Origin: Macrostomum lignano
Lineage: Eukaryota
Direction: 5' to 3'
DNA: 64,000 bases
Assembly: GCA_002269645.1 (NCBI GenBank)
Contig: NIVC01000572.1
Span: 391,053 to 455,052 of the forward strand
The notes beneath the pieces are model-generated. The model was not told the DNA's origin. It saw only the letters and a program-made list of their open reading frames with translations, and made no database searches. Shown here in pieces: positions 25,101 through 35,104 of this stretch (within the stretch, counting starts at the first letter, position 1; each line of letters opens with the position of its first letter). The translations under genes were made by a program, and so were the position numbers.

Positions 25101-27078
25101 TTATGTGGAATTGCCAGTTGTTTCAGAGGAGGACAAGCTGCCTGTGGCTGTCTTTCTTCTTCTCGGTCGGTTGCGAGTCGACCCGTCTATTATTCTTCGC
25201 GACGCACTGCCAGTCAGAATTCTGACAGAGGATGGAAAATGGTGCGGCGTTTTCGTCAACGGTGCGAGCATCCCATTCGACAGTGTTACTGACTCGATAA
25301 TTGCATTTGTAATTGTCTTCATCGCGTTCAACCTCCAGCACCTCCCTGCCCTAGAGGCGTTTCTGGAGGTAATCGAAGTGCTGTCGGGCCTTCGCAAGAA
25401 AGCCGTCCGCAAGGCTGCAGTAGCTATTTTGGATGCACTTCGTTAGATGATTTTATAACGCCTAGACATGACTATTGTAATCATTTTCATTTTTATAATA
25501 ATTATATTCATTTTCATGTTAGTACGATTGAATATGACTGTGAATTAATCGTAATCACAAGCCTAATCACAATCACAATATTTATTTTCATATTCACAAT
25601 CATAATCATAGAGTGTTATCTGTCATCAGAGGGTCACGGCGATGTTGGCTGCTTATTTATTGCCCTGTGTATTTAGTTTGTGCTTTTTAGTCTGTATATT
25701 CAACTTCACTCTTTGAGTGACCAAAGCAAACACTTATTCGCAATGTGTAATGTGCAACAAATAATTACTAAATATTATTATTACCACTGTTTTGTACTAC
25801 AACAATAAATATTTTAGGATCAATCTTTATATACCATAAAAAATACTTTAAATTGGTTAACATCCTTCATAAACATGCAATTGTTGATTACGAATGCTTC
25901 ACTTCTTACTTTTCTTAAATTGAGCAATGACTGACAACATTGTATGCCTCACATAATGTAATTGGGAACAATTTTACAGGTAAGGAAATTCATAAAATTC
26001 ATACCTATAATAGTGGGTATTTTGTGTCTTGCAGATCAAGTGAATACATTTTGGGGTGTAATCGTTTTTATATTTCGGACCCATAATGCGGACATCTGAA
26101 AAATATGGACTTTGCAATAGGGACCTTTCAAAATACGGACCTTTCAAAATACGGACCTTGCAATACGGACTTTACAATACGGACCCATCAAAATACGGAC
26201 CTTTCATGGTCCGTTATTTCGACGCTCCGGACCCTCCACAATGGACCTTTCCCGGACCCTTCTTCGGACCTTTAGGAATTACAGTGTATAGTCTGTAGAC
26301 TGCACATGTAGTTTGTAGACTGCACATGTAGTTTGTAGACTGCACATGTAGTTTGTAGACTGCACATGTAGTCTGTAGACTGCACATGTAGTTTGTAGAC
26401 TGCACATGTAGTTTGTAGACTGCGCATGTAGTTTGTAGGCTGCACATGTAGTTTGTAGGCTGCACGTGTAGTTTGTAGACTGCACATGTAGTTTGTAGAC
26501 TGCACATGAAGTCTGTAGACTGCACATGTAGTCACATGTAGTCTGTAGACTGCACATGTAGTCAAATGTAGTCTCTAGACTGCACATGTAGTCACATGTA
26601 GTCTTTAGACTGAAATCTGTGGATTGCAATCCTTATACTTTATTCTTCAACTAAGAAATGTCTACATGTATGACTGATTATGGTCATGAATAAGAGTTCA
26701 TTTTGTCCTTCCAACGGTTCCAGAGGGCAGCAGCTCAGCGCTAAACCACAAGACTCACTTTTTCTGCAGAGAAGCAATCAGCTCGGAGCCAAGGATGACG
26801 CAATCATTTGAATCGCCTAGGCTAGCATCCCCCAGACTGCAAGCTCCATACTTCACTGGACGGTAACTAATGGACTTAATGACCAGCTTCTCGTTGTAGA
26901 TGGGGCACATTATTGCCTGGTTCTTGCCGGGGCACAGAGAAATCTGGCAGGGCATCCGGTCAGTGCAGAGTCCACCCTCCATGTTTAGCCGTGTGGCAGA
27001 AGCTGGCTTGACAGTCTGAAGCTGCATCAGTGTCCATAGCAGCAACAAGGAACCGGCCAAGGTGGAAATTTGCCACAT
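6231..27078 (-). CDS. Adhesion GPCR, latrophilin (ADGRL)-like; multi-exon
   Basis: Proposed exons, read by eye: 27078-26759 (signal peptide + Cys-rich SUEL-like lectin); ~19590-19308; 18086-17968; tentative Ser/Thr-rich exons ~16770-16690 and ~16480-16345; 14252-14011; 12137-11675; 10144-9914; 9547-9010 (GPS GC...[13 protein letters not shown]1-2); 8556-8368 (TM3, CWLLCEGL); 8054-7315 (TM4-7: [24 protein letters not shown]); 6938-6231 (tail ending LTKV*). Most adjacent junctions are phase-compatible; the 17968/16770 junction is not resolved. One-base frameshifts are needed near 9412-9416 and ~7440. Confidence 0.85.
7040..7290. repeat. ~16-bp intronic minisatellite
   Basis: Units ATTCACGAATCTCAAC / ATTCACAAATCCCAAT. 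Confidence 0.9.
7315..8054 (-). CDS. Adhesion GPCR exon: TM4-TM7 and start of the cytoplasmic tail
   Basis: Family-B/adhesion 7TM motifs CWLS..G...[28 protein letters not shown]...VREDW. Confidence 0.93.
8085..8300. repeat. Degenerate ~11-bp intronic repeat
   Basis: GAGGTCGGTTT-like units. Confidence 0.75.
8590..8960. repeat. CT-rich intronic minisatellite
   Basis: CTCGCTGTCTCCCTCTCCTCTCTAC-like units. Confidence 0.9.
9010..9547 (-). CDS. Adhesion GPCR exon: GPS motif + TM1-TM2
   Basis: Acceptor TTTTGCAG. QCVH...SPSGCRV...[13 protein letters not shown], then [23 protein letters not shown] and [16 protein letters not shown]. Confidence 0.9.
9577..9900. repeat. 7-bp tandem repeat (AGATCCC)n
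   Basis: About 46 units with AGATCCT and AAATCCC variants. Confidence 0.95.
10350..11600. repeat. 17-bp minisatellite, ~73 copies
   Basis: Unit GATCTGTGAGCATCTGG. Confidence 0.97.
12280..12610. repeat. ~22-bp intronic minisatellite
   Basis: CTAAAGTTACATGATGTACATA-like units. Confidence 0.85.
13195..14005. repeat. 22-bp minisatellite abutting a splice donor
   Basis: Unit CTAGATTAGCAATCCACATGGG/GCA, ~37 copies. Confidence 0.97.
14630..15355. repeat. (AGAC)n microsatellite with derived longer units
   Basis: AGAC runs grade into GAAACAGACACAGGCAGACA... units. Confidence 0.95.
15365..15600 (+). mobile_element. Possible tRNA-derived SINE
   Basis: Box A-like AGCTCAGCGGT (~15369) and box B GGTTCGATTCC (~15404); no complete cloverleaf; body and 3' end uncertain. 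Confidence 0.4.
16045..16170. repeat. (AGAC)n microsatellite
   Basis: Direct sequence. Confidence 0.95.
17160..17835. repeat. 30-bp minisatellite, ~22 copies
   Basis: Unit GAGTTAGACAGGGTCTCAATGATGGATCAT; variant types occur in blocks along the array. Confidence 0.97.
18410..18960. repeat. G-rich 23-26-bp minisatellite
   Basis: CACTGAGGAATGGGGGTGGTGGCGGT and CACTGAGGAATGGGAGTGGCTGC units. Confidence 0.93.
20188..22741 (+). CDS. CMC/EnSpm-type DDE transposase with two N-terminal C2H2-like zinc fingers (two apparent 1-nt deletions)
   Basis: Motifs CSIC...H...H, CPVRGC...H...[29 protein letters not shown]...[28 protein letters not shown]. The intervening frame [20 protein letters not shown]...PDI links ORFs 20188..21594 and 21671..22741 if single bases are restored near 21550 and 21660. 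Confidence 0.85.
23047..23590 (+). mobile_element. 5'-truncated non-LTR retrotransposon 3' fragment nested in the DNA transposon
   Basis: [10 protein letters not shown]...[13 protein letters not shown]...[29 protein letters not shown] resembles the post-RT C-terminus of LINE ORF2; ends in a (TAC)n tail at ~23562-23590. Confidence 0.65.
23721..25446 (+). CDS. Transposon second ORF: CIDE-N-like N-terminus, acidic linker, SAMD3-like C-terminal region (interrupted by a 7-bp duplication)
   Basis: After acceptor TTTCAG (23720): [34 protein letters not shown]...[15 protein letters not shown]...VYFLLSGE. The frame resumes at 24316: [10 protein letters not shown]...[14 protein letters not shown]...; C-terminus [17 protein letters not shown]...FLEVIEVL. 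Start exon not located. Confidence 0.7.
26290..26610. repeat. 20-bp minisatellite
   Basis: Unit TGTAGACTGCACATGTAGTT. Confidence 0.95.
26759..27078 (-). CDS. Adhesion GPCR first coding exon: signal peptide + first half of a SUEL/RBL-like lectin domain
   Basis: ATG at 27078 follows a TTTTCAG acceptor. [20 protein letters not shown] is a signal-like segment. C-x7-C...LVIKSISY...YGAC...DC pattern; donor AA|GTGAGT. Linkage to the 7TM exons is inferred. Confidence 0.65.
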
Positions 27079-27324
27079 CCAACTGCTGAAAAAACAGATT
27101 GTATCAAGCGAAGGCGATTGATAAACTCACTGTAGCATTAAAAGATGATGAGTATAAAAATATTGATAGTGTAGAAATTTGAATCATTGGGAGCTATTTG
27201 TTGACACCTGCACACTAATTCGATATTCAATAGCCAATTAACTACTATTTAGATTATTGGTAATTCTAAGACTTTTGCTAATTCTGAGTCATTTGACACA
27301 GTCGTCAGGGCCATTCTCCTAACA

Positions 27325-27870
27325 GTGCTCTACATATATAATGCCATACAAAAGCTGCTGTGCCAATACAGGAAGGGCCTGTTGGACTTCTATAAGAAAT
27401 CCTCTGTGGTGCTCCAGAGAGATGCGTATTCACTTGTGCTTGACTGGGTGCTGCAGACTGCTCTTCCTTCCAATGATGATGGCTTCCTGCTATGGCAACA
27501 GATAGGTGGACATCAACCAAAGAGGAGGCACAGCCTAGTAACAATGAAACAAGCTGGTAGCTATTCTAGCAAGTGTTGGCCCATTGTCCAACATGTAGAC
27601 TACCATTTTGCTTTGTGTGCTATATAGCATTGAGGCTACCATTTTAAGCCAAAGACAATGGACAGACAGGCAAAAGAACTTTCCATGTCAGCAGTTTCTC
27701 TACCTTGGTGGTGTGGCTCTTGATGTCTATGAGGATCCATGATATTGCCATAGGCTTGCATGAATTGCTTTGTGTTCTTTGAGGGCAATCCTATAGTCTA
27801 AGGCCCTGCTTGACTACCAGAGGGCAGCATTGTTCCAGGAGGTTGGTCAAGACCACCCTAAGATTAGGAC
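27325..27870 (+). pseudogene. Highly degenerate RTE-type reverse transcriptase relic
   Basis: KSSVVLQRDA...LVLDWVLQTALPSNDDGFLL aligns by eye to TTSGVLQGDT...LVMDWVLRTGLPTSEDGFLL of the RT at 41439-43139. A later QRAALFQ.V.KTTL matches ARSQLFQAVVETAL. Confidence 0.7.
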
Positions 27871-29812
27871 CTGATAGACTTGCTCAAACAAGTTTTCGAT
27901 GTATCACTATATTCTTGTGCATTGGCTTATATTTTTTATTTTTAGAAACTATTTTATTATTAATAAAAATAAAAACTACAGTTCATCCCATATTCATTAT
28001 ATAGTTAAGTTCTATTGCTTTAATATACATTTATAAAATTTGAATGTTTAAATATAGAATTTGTCTACAAATCCAAGAGATATCTTTGCTTTTATATATA
28101 TATATTCTTTTTAATTCCAATAGCAAAAATTTTATTTTGGCTTAAAATAATCCTATAGAATTTAGATATATTTTAGAAACCTATTAATTTAATAGCTATG
28201 TCTGAGTATGCTTAATGAATAAGTGATAATGGTATGTTTAAGCAAATAGATATAGTTCTTTAATTTATAGGCTTGTTTATCAAAGTCTTTTGGTAGATTT
28301 AAAATATTAATCTATTGGAAAAACTAGGTTTTTAATTTAAACTTAAAAAATAGAGCTTTTATCACATTGCAAGTTTAGGTATCTAGCTCATTTTAGAAAA
28401 TGCACTGAGTTAGAATTTCAAAATAATTTTAGTTCAAGCTCTACAAGTAGTTAAATATTACTAATAAAAGATAATGCAACAGTTGTGCAACTATTATAAT
28501 AAGCCTAATTGTGTAAATTTCAGTCATAGCAACATAACCGCAACATGCAATATTTTTTAACTTCAAACTTCAATGGCATCAATTACAGCAGCATTGGTAG
28601 CGATAGAGTAGTGAAGTGAACTCTCTTGGCTTATCAAAATTGTTATATTAATAGAATAGGCAAGTAAGTTATATTATTATATTTATAATATAATAAAAAT
28701 TATTTTGCCAATTTACAAAGAAAATAATATCAAGCATATGCAATCGCGATCTTAATTTTTGCACGCAGATTAATGGCTGGGCAAGCAGCTGGGGCTTTTG
28801 TATGACTTCTTGGAAATTTCAAATGTATGTTAAATTATCGCGATATTTCACAAATCGTTATAAAACGTCAATATTACTGATTATAACTGATGGCAAAATT
28901 GTACAAAATGTATTTTAGCAAAAGCCCCGACGGGTTTTTTGTTTTTTAGCAATCCTGGACGTTCAGATGCAATAAAATCCTTGTTTTATTGCTGAATTTA
29001 GTATTAATTTCTTCATTCTAAGTAAAAAATTCTATTTTATTTATTTATTCTCTTTCGATAAATTTTCAGAAAATATAATACCGAACAGTTGATATACACG
29101 CGAACGCGAACATCGAGATGACGCAAACGTCGAGACTTAAAATTATCGAGATCAAATCTTCACTTTCGGTAATTGGTGCTAGGGCCTACATTATTTACGG
29201 AACAGAGCTTTTTCGAGCCTTTCGCAGAAAACTGAGCGTAAAAATGCCTATGTAGCTCGTACTGTAAAAGTCGTACACGCATTCACTCGAAAAGCTTTTA
29301 GCACTGTACACAAACAGTTTCAAGGGGGGGTCTAAATGATTAATGCGGGATGAAGAGGCAGACAGATAGAAAAATCAAGTTGCAAATATTGCAAAGTCAG
29401 TAGAGAGTACATGATATTGGCTATATCATGTACATGTAAATGCATCCCAGTTTAGACAAAACCCATGCAGTTTTGTTTGTAGAAATTTTTACGTGAAAAG
29501 AAAATGTGGCTCGTTCAAGCCGTAATCAAAGGAGACAAAAACTTGCATGATCACACAACTTTGTGACACCCCCTGCAGGCGGTGCCCTCAGGCTGGCGCC
29601 CACGGTCTGGTGCCCCTTTGCCCTGCTACTCAAACGAAATGCCACACCCCATGAAAAGAACCTTCGGACAATAAAAATCCAGCAGCTACGTCCTTTTACA
29701 GTTCGATAGCTCATCTGATTGCGGTGTGAATGAGCCCTAAATAATGGAGTATATAGTCAATTGCAAGTCGCTCAACCGCGATTCTCTGACGCCCGCGAGA
29801 TGACTAATCAGA

Positions 29813-31479
29813 TCACCCATCGCTGTCATAGTCGTCCTCCTCCCTGTCAGGCAGGGCGGACGGTGCGTTTGCACTGATGCTGGGATCGGCGATCCAAGGA
29901 TGGCGCAGCATCTCCTTAAGGCTGGGCCGCCTGTTGGGCTCTATTTGCAGGCAGGCCAGAATCAGCTGGCGGCACTGCCGGCTCAACAGGCGATCGAACC
30001 GCGGACCTGTGACGCCGATCTGGCTTTCCCGCTTGAACGGCACGTCACCGCAGACCATGCTGAATAGCAGGATGCCCAGCGACCAGACCTCGGCCGGCTT
30101 GCCGCGGTAGCGTTGCCAACGGATCCACTCTGGCGGGCTGTACACCCGGGTGCCTGCGCGGGTTGTTGGCGGAGTTCGACCATACAGGTGGGTCATGATG
30201 GTGAAAACCACATAGACATTTTCGGTTTGAAAAATCCTAGTTCTTGAGAGCATACACGAAGCTAAATGCTCTAGATATACAACAAGTATGCGTTCCTGTA
30301 CTGGGGGCCTCCTGTTCATTTCTAAGACAAATGTAGCGTATAGCGTTAGTTGTTACTGAGGAATTACCAATTCAAGTTAGGGTAAAGTGTAATATTCCAA
30401 CCCGCTAATGCTCACCATCGAAGTCGGTGTACGGCCCCTCCTTCAGAATGGCGCCGGAGCCGAAGTCAATGAGCTTCAAACTTTTATTCCGGAAATCGAT
30501 CAGCAAATTCTCTTCTTTGACGTCCCTGTGCAGGACGCCAACCTTGTGACAGGCGAGTAGCGTCTCAATCAGCTGTTTCATGAAGCTCCGGGCCTCGAAC
30601 TCCAACAGAAATCCCCTGTGCGAAACCAATTTAAACAGTTCCACGCCCTTTTCCAGTTTCGGCATCACGATGGCCCACCTAGTGAGGCCTTCGTGGAAGC
30701 TGATGGGCTGCAAAACGCCGCTGATGTATCGGCATTTGTGCAGCAGCAGAAACTCTAGCGGAATTCGGCGACCGTTTGGCTGGAAGTTTTAAACAAAATA
30801 TTTGATATGCCAACTTGATTTTTCTACTGACAAAAAGTCTTCATAGGACGTAAGAGCCAATTTCGTCAAATTACAAAACATCGACTTTACGGTAAATGGA
30901 ATGGTTCAATTCAATAATAGTAATAATTGATTAACATCTGCCCAAATTGGGCCAGTTGTGCAACCGACAGCTCAGCCGCAGCTATTCTGCGGCGCATCAG
31001 AAGTCTACGTACGGCTGTTCTGTCAGTGTTCAGCGAATGCTGGCACCCATTTTGCAGCTGGGTGAACTGAAGCAATGCAGAGTTAAGTGTCTTGCTCAAG
31101 GACACAAATTGTTCCGAGTGGGATCGGGAATCGAACCCCCAGCCTTCGCTCTGACCACTAGGCTGCAACCCCTGTATTTTTGCCATCCAATGAAAGTGTC
31201 AACTTTTGACTAAGTCAGTTGCGACATTTTGCTAAATAGTTCTCCATAAAAATTGGTGCAACTGCGTTTGTTGACCCACCAACTCGTGCCAGGCGTCCTC
31301 GGACAGATTCTCCTTCGAAATAAACTTGATGGCCACCCGAGTGCCGTCCGACCGCCTGATCTCCAGGAAGACCCGGCCGAAGCCGCCGCTGCCCAGTTGC
31401 CGATCAATCTGGTATTCACGGTGCAGGGCGTCCAGCGGCTCGATTGGGACATCCTTGCTGCCTAGCGGGAAGTTATTGC
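29813..31479 (-). CDS. PIM: PIM-family Ser/Thr kinase, copy 1 (divergent)
   Basis: Exons 31479-31280 (GSGGFG, VAIK), 30779-30416 ([19 protein letters not shown]) and 30153-29813 ([24 protein letters not shown]). All junctions are GT-AG and in phase. Tentative upstream exon 31798-31625; start codon not found. Confidence 0.93.
30911..31172 (-). mobile_element. tRNA-derived SINE in a PIM intron, with a Meta/V-SINE-like central domain
   Basis: The minus strand has box A GCAGCCTAGTGG and box B GGTTCGATTCC, then TGTGTCCTTGAGCAAGACACTTAACTC...CACCCAGCTGCAAAATGGGTGCC and an AT-rich (TAT)-like tail. Confidence 0.75.
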
Positions 31480-31844
31480 CTGGAACAGAATAGGCATCAG
31501 AGTTACAAAATTTCGCCAAGGACGTCTGAATCTATGAATCTCTAAACAGTGAATCGAGAAAACCTCTCTCGAACTCCATGGCATGCATTTCGCCATTGAG
31601 TCAATCTGCATCGAAGTATCGCACCGTTTTCAGAAGTCGGACTACTACTGTTGCTTCTTGAAGGTATGGCCAGCAAGCACGGCCAGCCCCAAGGTGTTGC
31701 GTCGAACGTTGTGCATGTTTTCGACCAGTAGCTGTCAATGTTAAGCGTTGTATTGGTGCTTTTGCCATTGCTGATGGACCTGTTTCCCGCGTTGGAGGCT
31801 GAAAATGTAGTTTAAATTTCCTGTCTTAAATTGGGAAGGCTGGA

Positions 31845-33945
31845 AGTGGACAACTGTGTCTAGAAGTGAACAACCGTGTCTAGAAGTGGAAAACCGTGTC
31901 TAAAAGGTGACAACCGTGTCTAGAAGTGGACAACCGTGTCCAAAAGTGGACAACCGTGTCTAGAAGTGGACAACTGTGTCTAGAAGTTGACAACCGTGTC
32001 TATAAGTGGACAACCGTGTCTAGAAGTTGACAACCGTGTCTATAAGTGGACAACCGTGTCTATAAGTGAACAACCGTGTCTAGAAGTGGACAACCGTGTC
32101 TATAAGTGGACAACTGTGTCTAGAAGTTGACAACCGTGTCTATAAGTGGACAACCGTGTCTAGAAGTTGACAACCGTGTCTATAAGTGGACAACCGTGTC
32201 TAGAAGTGGACAACCGTGTCCAAAAGTGGACAACCGTGTCTATAAGTGGACAACCGTGTCTAGAAGTTGACAACCGTGTCTATAAGTGGACAACCGTGTC
32301 TAGAAGTGGACAACCGTGTCCAAAAGTGGACAACCGTGTCTATAAGTGGACAACTGTGTCTAGAAGTTGACAACCGTGTCTATAAGTGGACAACCGTGTC
32401 TAGAAGTTGACAACCGTGTCTATAAGTGGACAACCGTGTCTATAAGTGAACAACCGTGTCTAGAAGTGGACAACCGTGTCCAAAAGTGGACAACCGTGTC
32501 TATAAGTGGACAACTGTGTCTAGAAGTTGACAACCGTGTCTATAAGTGGACAACCGTGTCTAGAAGTTGACAACCGTGTCTATAAGTGGACAACCGTGTC
32601 TATAAGTGAACAACCGTGTCTAGAAGTGGACAACCGTGCCCAAAAGTGGACAACCGTGTCTAAAAGTTGACAACCGTGTCTAGAAGTGGACAACCGTGTC
32701 TAGAAGTGGACTACCGTGTCTATAAGTGAACAACCGTGTCTAAAAGTGGACAACCGTGTCTAAAAGTAGACAACCGTGTCCATAAGTGGACAACCGTGTC
32801 TAGAAGTGGACAACCGTGTCTAGAAGTGGACAACCGTGTCAAAAAGTGGACAACCGTGTCTAGAAGTGGACAACCGTGTCTAAAAGTGGACAACCGTGTC
32901 TAGAAGTGGACAACCGTGTCTAGAAGTGGACAACCGTGTCTAGAAGTGGACAACCGTGTCTAGAAGTGGACAACCGTGTCTAAAAGTGGACAACCGTGTC
33001 TAGAAGTGGACAACCGTGTCTAGAAGTGGACAAACGTGTCTAGAAGTAGACAACTGTGTCTAGAAGTGGAAAACCGTGTCTAAAAGTTGACAACCGTGTC
33101 TAGAAGTGGACAACCGTGTCGAAAAGTGGACAACCGTGTCTAGAAGTTGACAACCGTGTCTATAAGTTGACAACCGTGTCTATAAGTGGACAACCGTGTC
33201 TAGAAGTTGACAACCGTGTCTATAAGTGGACAACCGTGTCTAGAAGTTGACAACCGTGTCTATAAGTGGACAACCGTGTCTATAAGTGAACAACCGTGTC
33301 TAGAAGTGGACAACAGTGTCCAAAAGTGGACAATTGTGTCTAAAAGTTGACAACCGTGTCTAGAAGTGGAAAACTGTGTCTAGAAGTGGACAACCGTGTC
33401 TAGAAGTGGACAACCGTGTCTAGAAGTGGACAACCGTGTCTAGAAGAGGACAACCGTGTCCAGAAGTAGGCAACCGTGTCTAAAAGTGGACAACCGTGTC
33501 TAGAAGTGGACAAACGTGTCTAGAAGAGGACAACCGTGTCTAGAAGTGGGCAACCGTGTCTAGAAGTGGATAACCGTGTCTAGAAGTGGATAACCGTGTC
33601 TAGAAGTGAACAACTATGTCTAGAAGTGGACAACCGTGTCTAGAAGTGGACAACTGTGTCTAGAAGTGGACAACCGTGTCTAGAAGTGGACAACTGTGTC
33701 TAGAAGTGGACAACTGTGTCTAGAAGTGGACAACCGTGTCTAGAAGTGGACAACTGTGTCTAGAAGTGGACAACTGTGTCTAGAAGTGAACAACCGTGCC
33801 TAAAAGTGGACAACCGTGTCTAGAAGAGGACAATCGTGTCTATAAGTGAAAAACCGTGTCTATAAGTTGACAATCGTGTCTTTAAGTGGACAACCGTGTC
33901 TAGAAGAGGACAAACGTGTCTATAAGTTGACATCCGTGTTTAGAA
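31845..33945. repeat. 20-bp minisatellite, ~105 copies
   Basis: Unit TAGAAGTGGACAACCGTGTC. Confidence 0.98.
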
Positions 33946-35104
33946 GCAAGGTAGACGAAATTCACAAGAAATCAACTTACCTCCCAAATCCAGTGCCACT
34001 AATCCGGCAAAAGTGCACAAAACTGAAACGATCAAGAAACTGCATTGGGAATTATTTAGTAAAATTTGACAATCGAAAGGCAGTAAAACAAAATGCTTTC
34101 AATTTTCAATATTTAAAAAGTTTTTGCCATAATTACAATACAAGTTGGAAGCAGTATGCATAGGCCCCTACCTGTGAGAATCTGTGTGCACACTCCTGGC
34201 ATGTTGCTGTGCTTCTTAGCTGTCAGCCGCGAGCCGGAACTGCGTCGGAAAATTCAGGGCAGATTCGGGAATGTCTGGACTGAAATACCCTATTCCTACC
34301 GACAGCTGTCCTCTATAGGCAGCTTGCGAAACTGAAACAGCTTAAAAGCGTTGTTTCGGCGTTAGCAATTAAGCTCAAAATGCGGGGCAGTAAAATTCAT
34401 AATCAAAGAGTCGGATGACATCTGTTGCCGGCAATAAAAACTGCCTGTCGCCATGGGGTGTCGCTTTTTTTCGGTCAAAGTTTCTGCTACAACACTGGGA
34501 CAGTAAAGTGAGCAGTTGAGTAACGAAACTGAAATTTATATGGCTATTGTAAGCCTGCTTACTTTTTCAGATTATGTCGTTTGACATTGATTTAGACCGA
34601 ATCAGGCACTATTAATCACAGTGTCGGCTCTTTCACTGAGCACCTGTCTCCTCCTTCTCCACGGACCAGCCCTAGAAGTCCAACTGTCTCAACAATCTTC
34701 TCACGAAATAAAAGGGACTGATGTTATTATAGACGTTACTACTGCTAAACTGCCGTGCCTCGATTAGATGTAGAAATGCGCCACGAAAATGGCTACATTC
34801 GCTTAATATTTCGTCACGCACAGCATCCTGTGTGTTCCTGAGTCATCCTCGTTCCTTCCAGCTCAACACTCAACAGCTGTCATCGAGGGCATCAGATCAG
34901 CAGCGTTCAGCATGCTCGCCTTTGTCCCATCCTGCTAGTGTTGAGGCAGCTCGACTAATGACTGCAGCTCAACCTTTTGCCACTTCTTAAGACCATGGCA
35001 TCCATAGGCCTAAGAAACACAGAAATAAAGGGCGCCCACAAAGATTATCGACGCCCACTAATTGGCAAAATATTGGCTCCGTTTAGGGCTACGCCCCATC
35101 TCCG

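Larger units (their letters stand above)
19671..26286 (+). mobile_element. CMC/EnSpm (CACTA-like, CACTG termini) DNA transposon, 6616 bp
   Basis: Imperfect TIRs CACTGTAAATCTTATGGGTCCGGA (19671) and the reverse complement CACTGTAATTCCTAAAGGTCCGAA (ending 26286), 19/24 identical. TA on both sides (2-bp TSD). Many subterminal CGGACC(T) repeats at both ends. Contains a transposase and a second ORF. Confidence 0.9.

Noticed and set aside
31845-33945. Regular short repeats (also 13195-14005, 17160-17835, 35105-37465) as CRISPR arrays
   Set aside because: The units are head-to-tail with no unique spacers, there are no cas genes, and the context is eukaryotic.
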